Position numbers and translations under genes: made by a program
From: Amoebidium appalachense
Lineage: Eukaryota > Protista > Ichthyosporea
Direction of reading: 5' to 3'
Assembly (NCBI GenBank): GCA_963693365.1
Contig: CAVNZM010000001.1
Span: 5,534,907 to 5,598,906, forward strand
DNA: 64,000 nt
The notes under the pieces: model-generated
The model's database searches: none
Told to the model about the DNA's origin: nothing
Seen by the model: only the letters and a program-made list of their open reading frames with translations
Shown: positions 55,964-64,000 of the stretch, piece after piece
Layout of the letters: every line of letters starts with the position of its first letter
Numbering within the stretch: the stretch's first letter is position 1

Positions 55964-56164
55964 TTAGATGAAGAGCATACCGGTGGGTGTGTCCGTGCTG
56001 AACCCTCTTACTACCCCATTGGTTGTGCTGGCAAGAATCAGGTTGCGCACCTGCAAGAGGCAATATATTTGGGTCAGCAGCGTGGTACGTGCATAACGGG
56101 CCACGGGTGGAGGGGGGTGGAGGAGGGGAGTAGGGGGAAAAGGGGGGGGGGGGGAGAGAGAGAG

Positions 56165-56202
<38 letters not shown>

Positions 56203-57450
56203 GAGAGAGAGTCTGAGGGGGCGGAGGGGAGAGGGAGTGGTGCACGTTAGAAGTCCGAGCTTCAAAGGAGAGGGGGGGGGGGGGGGGGGGGGGAGGGGGG
56301 GGAGGGGGGGGGGGGGAGGGGGGGGGGGGGGGGGGAGGGGGGGAGATGAGGAAGAGATAGCGAGCACGAGAAGAGGGAGAGGGAGAAAGGGAGAGAGGGA
56401 GAGGATGAGAGAAAGAGTCGGGGGGAAGGGGGGTTGGAGGGTGGGGAAGAGGTGCAGAGGGAGGGTGATTCTAAAAAGGAGGTGAGGGGAGAGGGGGGAG
56501 GAAGGGATCTAGAGAGAGACTAGTAGAAAAAGGGGGGGGGGGGGGGGGGGGGGGAGAGAGAGAGAGAGCGAGAGAGACGGGGGGGGGGGGGGGGGTGTCA
56601 CAAAGGAAACCTACCGAGTTTTGTAATGCCCTGAAAAGGAATATGTAGGCCATCTATAGTTTCCACTTAGACATACGCTACGCTATAAAAAAAAAAACAT
56701 ACCCACGCAATACATCACTTTTGCCTTGCACATATTTCATAGCTAATTACTCATAGGCCTCTCTATGATATCACCATAACTTAAAGTATGACACGGGTCA
56801 ACCTGTCTTCGTACCTGCTGGGGTGTGGCAGTGGGGTACTTGCTCAGAACAACAGCTGCTGCACCGGACACGTGGGGGGTGGCCCTGTGAGAGAGAGCAG
56901 GTTACTACTGGGTTGTGACCACACGCACTAAATTGTTAAGAAGGCTCCCTAAAAATCACAGTCCACGCCTTTGTCGTATAGAATGTGCGGTCGACCTAAC
57001 TTGGGCCATCAAGATAACCAGCTGCCCTTCTGCTCCTCTCAGAAGTTGATTTAAGAACTTTGAACTTCAAACAATTGACTGATAGAAGGGGGGGGGGGGG
57101 GGGGGGGGGGAGCTTGCATCACGGGTAGATTTTTCTGGTGGTGATGTGTGGGTGGGTTGGGGGAGAGGGTGGGGGAAGGGGGGAGATATGATGGGGAATA
57201 GGTCAGGTTGGATGGGTGGGTGGGTGTGTGTGTTGGGGAGGGGGGGGGGGGAAGGGAAGGGAATGAGAGGGAGGGAGGAGGGAGCGGGGAGCAAGGAAGG
57301 TGGATCCGGAGTTGGACGGCCATCATTGACATGTTCGCTTGCACTTATGGCCGTCCAACTCCAAAATTTGGGAAAGGATGGCAAAGCATTCGGGGGGAAA
57401 GGGGAAGAGGAGGGAGAAGGGGCCACCAGGAGAGGGAGGTGGGGTGGGGT

Positions 57451-57481
<31 letters not shown>

Positions 57482-58229
57482 GGGGGGGGGAGGCAGAGGA
57501 AGTCACTCAGAGAGTGATCACAACATAAGAGGAATATAGGTATGGCCTTACAAAAAGGGTGAGGTTGCCCGGGGGGAAAGGGGGGCGGGGAGGAGGGAGG
57601 GGGGGGGGGGGGGGGGGTTTGGCCTACATAGACGTGCCAGAGATGGTGTTGTATTGGCTTCCAGGCCAGGAGCTCTTGATGTTCACACCGGGTGCTACCA
57701 TGTTAACACATCTGTAGAATTTCAGCAAGTCAATGAGTGGACTGTCTAGGGACCCACGTACTATACACCGTTCCAGACCACCGTGCCCCTTCTCGATCAC
57801 TGTGATGCCTCCGTGAAGTCTCCCTCCACACTTGTCTACCCTCCATTCAAACACTTTATGATAGCCTCGAGGCTATCATAAAGTGTTTAGGTCCCCCGGA
57901 GAGTGCGAACGTTCTTTCCTTTCCTCTCTTCTCTTCTGGATTGTGACCGTTCGAGATTTTGAAGCAATGTTCGAGATTCTGAAGCAATGTCACCGTACAT
58001 GCAAACAACCGTCTTGATTCAATTTGATATTTGACCAGTGGGAACTCTTGTTTCCTCGGAGTCCCCATCTTGAAATAAGTGGTGATATTGGCTGTGCGCA
58101 CTGGAGGGCCGAGGGGGGGCAGGGGGGGGGGGGGGGGGGAGGGGGCTAGAATAAGGTTGTGGGGGTGGGGGGGCGGGGAGGGGGATATAATAAGGGTGGG
58201 GTGGTTGCAACTGGCCCAGGGTGGGTGGG

Positions 58230-58263
<34 letters not shown>

Positions 58264-59225
58264 GGGGAGGTAGGGAGGGGTCTTGTGTTGCAAGTGCTGC
58301 TAATCTGATGGTTACATACTTGCCGTAGTTGGAGAAGGATGCCTTCCTGTCACTCGAGTCAGTGGCCCCAATAGTCAGCGCCCCGGGGGTGCTTGCAGGT
58401 GAAAGGTTGCAGGCATCTTGGTTGTCATTGCCGGCAGCAACCACGGGGAGGATTCCATTTGCCAAGAGCTTAAGGGTGGCGTTGTTCAGAGCCTGTTTGT
58501 GCGGGTACATACTTTAGCTTCGTGCGTATGGAGCCCACGGTGGGTGTCAGGGTGACGTCAGTGAATGTTGCGTGCAGGCGCGAAAAACATCAGAGCTTGT
58601 GGGGTACATAGGTGGTGAGACACGTACGGTAACTTCGGATCGGATCATTAAGAGGAGGAGCAGCATATACCTGGTCAAGCTCACCGCCAAGTGACATGGA
58701 CACCACGGATGGGCGCATGGGGGAGACCCCTTTCTTTGCATTGTGGTGGTTGATGACGGCATTGATGGCCCCAACAATGATGTCCGTGTTGCCAGAGTTT
58801 GCGTTGTTGTTTGCAAACACCTGCATGCAGACATGGACGATTACAATTGTGGATGTATTAGACCTGGCAGGCTGGAACCTAACCTTTTGGTGGCATGTTG
58901 TTACTAATATGAATCGCGGATTCAAGTGAACGAAAGTCTTAAGTCGCCAATCCAAAATCCTGTGGATGACTTAGAGCTTTTTTCTAGCTTAGGCTAGAAA
59001 AAAAAATGCACAGTTGTCTTAGTTGCGAATGCGGCCGATCGGTGCACCGGGTCCCTATATCATTATGACATTGGAAAAGCAGTGATGATATAAAGCTCTT
59101 GGGGGACCCAGTGCACCCGTAAAGGGGAGGGGAGGGAAAGCGAGGGGCACTAAGTGCTACTATCAAAAAGGGTGGATCCGAAGGGGAACGGTGTGGTGGT
59201 GGTGGTGGTGGTAGTGGGGGGGGGG

Positions 59226-59263
<38 letters not shown>

Positions 59264-60149
59264 TTGCAAAGCAGTTGTGGTCTGGCAATACCTTGGCATT
59301 GTAGATGCGAGCCTGAGGGGCAACTCCAGTAGTGCTGCCGGCAACTGTCCCTGTTGCGAGTAAAGTGAATTGTATTAGTTTTTTTTTGAGAATCTAGTGA
59401 CATGGTGATCAAGGCAGTGCACGAGAAAAAATTAACCTATCTGATTTCATGTGCGAGAGGTACAATGCCTCACACATTTTGGCCGAGACCAGTATATACC
59501 CATAATCTGCACCGGGGGGACTACCATAGTGCCGGAGCGAGATTGCCTCAGTGTCAGCCTGTCAATGAAGAATGATTTCCCAAGTGCTCTTAGGCTACGT
59601 AGTACATGCACAAACAAAGGCACTATGGACACGACACTCAATTGCAACTTTAGCAATCAACCGCCGAGTAGCAGCACCTACCGGAGCAATGGGTGCCATG
59701 GCCGATGTCGTCAGTGTAGAAGCCAAACCCAGTGTACAGGTTGAAAGCACGCCCAGCCAGCTCGGGGTGGTCGGTCTGCGCAATACGGATTAGATTTCTT
59801 GTATGTAACAAGCGACCGCAGACTCCGTGCATGATTGTGCGATTGCTAGCATGACATTGTTAAAAAAAAATAAAAAATGTGCACCTATGACACAAACAGC
59901 ATGCAATTACCTGGACACCGGTGTCGATGACATACACATCCACCCCGAGGCCAGTGCCTTTATTAGCCTTGACGTTGTTATCAAGAATGCGGCTACGCTG
60001 GTTTACACGGTCCACACCCCACGAATAAGCAGTGGGCCGGAATTTCTGAACGGGCTGGATATGAAGCACCAGTGGGTCGTTGAGGGCATCTTCGAGCTCG
60101 GCATCTGTAAGATCAGCGGCAAATGCATTGATGATGGGAAGCTTGAGCT

Positions 60150-60150
<1 letters not shown>
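55964..60150 (-). CDS. Subtilisin-like serine protease (S8A, proteinase K/aqualysin type); N-terminal part (signal peptide, most of the I9 propeptide) not found in the window
   Basis: Approximate exons 59911-60150, 59682-59775, 59292-59350, 58671-58820, 58320-58491, 57628-57711, 56815-56884 and 55964-56050. Catalytic motifs VYVIDTG, GHGTHCSGTVAG, VVAAGN and SGTSMATPHVSG; mature N-terminus SWGVDRVNQR. Confidence 0.9.
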
Positions 60151-60229
<79 letters not shown>

Positions 60230-60315
60230 ACGGTGTGTGTGTGTGTGTGTGCGTGTGTGTGTGTGTGCGCGCGCGTGTGTGTGTGTGTGTGTCTGTGTGT
60301 GTGTGTGTACAGTGT

Positions 60316-60367
<52 letters not shown>

Positions 60368-60370
60368 AGT

Positions 60371-60447
<77 letters not shown>

Positions 60448-60615
60448 GTGTGTGTGTTGTGTGTGTGTGTTGTGTGTGTGTTGTGTGTGTGTGTGGTACC
60501 GGTAGCCGCGCCGGTCAGTGGCACAAGTTGAACCCAACTACATAATGTTGTCAAACATACGGGTGGCAAGGGACAGCTGTGGCTGGGTAGCTGGGGGAAG
60601 GAAGCAGATCTGGAA

Positions 60616-60663
<48 letters not shown>

Positions 60664-60733
60664 AGGGAAGGAGTCAACACATGATTGCACGACAGGAACA
60701 GACATGTTAGCTGGCCCGCACATGTTCCCTTTG

Positions 60734-61213
60734 TGTAAACAGTTGGACTAGTTAGGATAAGGCAGAGTACAACTGAATCAAAATAAAGACAGAGAACGGG
60801 TAGAAAGGCACACGCGGCCAGGTTGCTTTTACTATGGGCCGACTCAGTCTGTCTCAGACTTCACTGATGTGATCCCCGTACTGGGACGGCTTTCTTATAT
60901 AGCCCCCAGGTTTCGGATCAAGGCCCAGGATTGGTTCATCCGCGGCCAGCGCGGGTGGCAACATGCCATTCGTGATTCTGGTGCGGTCCGAGCCAGTCAG
61001 ACCTTTGTCCTATTTATGCAAACCTCTTATTGGTTCACTTTGTTTATGTGGTATGCAGCGGAAGAACCATATATGGTTCAATTCTTAGGTCAGAGTGAGT
61101 CCTATTGGTGCGGACATAATATTTATGTGATATTCATGACAAAGCACTAATCGTGTGCTAGTAGATCACATTCTTTAGTAAACATGTACAGTTCATGTGT
61201 ACAGTTGTTTACA
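60734..61213 (-). repeat. 3' LTR of the Gypsy element
   Basis: TG...CA ends with an 8-bp terminal inverted repeat, adjacent PPT, and identity to 63851-64000. Confidence 0.9.
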
Positions 61214-63831
61214 CTCCCCCCCTTGTCGGGAGCCTGGTGGTGTCGTTAGACAAGCAAACCACCAGGCTGAGAGGCGATAAACAACCTTCAGCGAGAATTC
61301 CTGTGCGCCGAGCTGCTGGGCAGAACAGAGCAAGGACGGTTGAATAGAGTTGTGCACGTCTATGAGCACTTCTTCATTTGCCAAAACGTAAATTCATGCA
61401 GCATTCTTCTGTGATTTCATTTTCGTGGCGAAGATTGTTGCAGAGTGTGCGTGCAATTTGTTCGCTTCGTCTCTGTGCTTGGCTTTTTCTGTAGAAGTAA
61501 TATTTTCCTTTTTGGGAATTTTTCCTTTTTAGGATACTCCCGCAGATTCGTTTTCAATTGCGAGTAATTTGGTTGTGTGGATGAATGATCATACCAAGCA
61601 TTCGATAATGAATATAACTCAAGCCTTAGGTCACTTCGTAGCTCAGGTAGTGGTGGATAGCTTCAAGGCTTAGCCGCTGCTCCTTATCCCGGTTCTACCT
61701 TAAGACTGTAAGGCGAGTCGCCATGGCCAGAAAAGCCACTTCTTTCATGAACAAATAGCACTTCTTTCCTTTCAGCTTTAACCCTGCATCATCGGAGCTG
61801 GGAAAAACATGAATAAAAATGCCCCAAGTGTTCTTCGTTGGGCGACATAAAGAAATATATCAGCCCGTCAGAATTCGAACCAGTAAAAACCCGGTTCATA
61901 ATTCATAAGAAGAGGGTAGGCAAAGCAAACCTTCTTCAGAAAACACATGCTTCCATTCGTGAGCAGTTTTCGTATCCCATTTGCCAGCCATTTTCGTTGA
62001 GCAGGGGGATTCCAGGCATAATACATTCTTCTGGAGGCTTGGCCTAAAAAGAAAAGTCGTCACAGTCGCCCTTTCTTTTGTAAGCAACTTCGTGAGCGCG
62101 CTTCGTGTTTTCATATCCTCCAGTGCAGGTCTGGATGGTGCCCCATCCTCTGCTTCATTTGTAGGTGGCCCTACTGTAGGTTCTGTTCGTTGTGTGGAAT
62201 ACCAAAACCATTCGTATTCGTGGAACTGCTTTGTGCTGTACTTTCTTTCGTGTTGGTGTTCATGAAGTTACCCCATTCACACATCTACTACTTTCATACA
62301 TCAGACGTAAGTAGCTGCCTGGGGGGTGTGTGGTTCGTGTTCGTGGCATTCTTCTGTTCCTTCGTGAGAAGAATATTCGTTTTAGCAGAGGTGCCCAATA
62401 AGGCAGCTTGTGGGGTTGTCTCCCGCATGTGCCCATTGGTGGGGTATGCACGTGCTAAATTGTTACAGTGTCATCATATTGCAAGGGAATAACATGGTCA
62501 CCTCCGTACCAGGGCCTAGGTACACATGATGGTCCGATGTGTTAGTCAACAACACCTTGCATTCGTATTCGTATTCGTCTTCCACGTCACTTTCTTCAGT
62601 AGTGAAGGAGGGTATTCGTAATTCGAAACTGAAAGGCTTCCAGCCAAAATACTGACACTGTATGCTGGGGTTGTGAGGGAACGGTGCCCATACCACATTC
62701 TTTTGTTCTGGTGGGGGTGTGCCGGCAGCTAGTGCAAGGCTTGACAGTGTAATTGGTATGTTACACAGTATTGCCACTGACGGGCAATCATCTTAAAATT
62801 CGTACCCAACACCTTCTTTGTTTTTCACATGCATGAACAAAAGTTCTGCATCGACTTTATTACATGCCTTTTGTGCACCAAGAGTGCAAATTCGTTAGGG
62901 CGTGGCACCAGGAAGGGCCGCCATACATGAGGCATATGTTCGTAATGTGTTTAGGCATGCCAGCATACATTCATGCGCATGTTGTGCATCCGTGCGCTAA
63001 ACTATGGGGCATGCTGTATTCGAAAACAGCAAGAAATTCGAAGCATGCATGCAAAACTACTTTCACAGCACCTTATGTCCTACATGCTATAGGAACAGCG
63101 ACTATCTTCTTCTTTAAATGCATTCGTGCTGAAAGTGGCCGTGCATCTGGCTTGCGAGTGTGGACGTGCATGCGGTGGCATGGACACGATGGCAGTGTGC
63201 AATAGCGCAATGCACGCAAGGGCAACGGTTTTATTTTCTTCCTAACATAGAGGGGGCTGTGTGCATTGCAACCCAAGCAGTGTTGTGCATTCGTTCTTGC
63301 ATTTTCGTATTTCCAGTTCATTTTGCTTTCGTTTTTCGTTTTTTGTCGTTTGATAACTTCGTTACTTCGTTTTGTTTTGTGTTGCATTCATTTCGTATTT
63401 CCTCTATGCATTCGCTTGTCGTTAATTCTTTATTTCATTGCGTATTCGTGATGGTTCGTTTTTCGTTGGTTCATTGCTTCGTTAGCAATTCTTTATTCGA
63501 TTGTTCGTGTATTCGTTGTTTGAAAATTCGTTGTGTATTCGTTTTTCTTCACATTTTTGATGTGTCGTAGCAAAAGAAGTTTTACATGCTTTCAATTCTT
63601 TCCGTGTAGGTGGGCTGGCCACTTCAAACTTGTCGGTGTATATATTCTAAGCCGGACAAGGAAAGATGTGCCTATCATCGGGGTAAAAAGGATTGTGATC
63701 GGCCATGGGAGATTCTTGAGCTGATTGAAAGATGTGAGATTCTTGAACTGATTGAAAGATGTGAGATTCGAAGGATGCGAGATTCTTGAACTGCGCGGTC
63801 GCCAATGTAAACAGTTGGCAATGTAAACAGT

Positions 63832-63849
63832 GTCCTGCCGCGGTCGCCA
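63832..63849 (-). promoter_or_regulatory. Primer-binding site complementary to a tRNA-Arg(UCG)-type 3' end
   Basis: Minus strand TGGCGACCGCGGCAGGAC, 1 nt inside the LTR. The plus strand GTCCTGCCGCGGTCGCCA matches, from memory, the 3' end + CCA of a eukaryotic tRNA-Arg(TCG). Confidence 0.8.
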
Positions 63850-64000
63850 ATGTAAACAGTTGGACTAGTTAGGATAAGGCAGAGTACAACTGAATCAAAA
63901 TAAAGACAGAGAACGGGTAGAAAGGCACACGCGGCCAGGTTGCTTTTACTATGGGCCGACTCAGTCTGTCTCAGACTTCACTGATGTGATCCCCGTACTG

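Larger units (their letters stand above)
60734..64000 (-). mobile_element. Decayed, internally deleted Ty3/Gypsy LTR retrotransposon (5' LTR runs off the window end)
   Basis: 480-bp LTR at 60734-61213 with TGTAAACA...TGTTTACA termini; the second LTR from 63851 is identical over the 150 bp visible. Polypurine tract at 61214-61224 and PBS at 63832-63849 (both minus). RT remnant at ~61650-61900 (EEHLGH; AGLKLKGKKCYLF..GFSGH..KVEPDK) with stops and frameshifts. Confidence 0.9.

Noticed and set aside
63832-63849. tRNA gene
   Set aside because: Only the 18-nt 3' end including CCA is present, next to an LTR; it is a primer-binding site.

Overview
Eukaryotic genomic DNA, probably from a unicellular opisthokont (inferred only from gene content, intron density and a U12 intron). 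Introns are saturated with (GT)n/(CA)n and poly-G/poly-C tracts, so most ORFs in the supplied track are microsatellite artefacts. I reconstructed by hand: the 5' end of an unidentified gene (minus), a 20-exon STRIP1/2 (FAM40/Far11) gene, a degenerate spliced ORF region, an intronless YniC/HxpB-like HAD phosphatase, a 17-exon ZPR1 gene with a U12-type AT-AC intron and a GC-AG intron, a 3-exon bacterial-type transglutaminase-like gene, a 6-exon gene whose product resembles a type II dehydroquinase (AroQ) but lacks the catalytic motifs, and an S8 subtilisin whose N-terminal coding part is cut off by a decayed Ty3/Gypsy LTR element with a tRNA-Arg primer site. The most unusual signal is a set of related, 5'-truncated retroposon families (about 13 copies). 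Their 3' ends abut C tracts instead of poly-A, two copies have clear 15-16 bp target-site duplications, and every copy lies in the same orientation.
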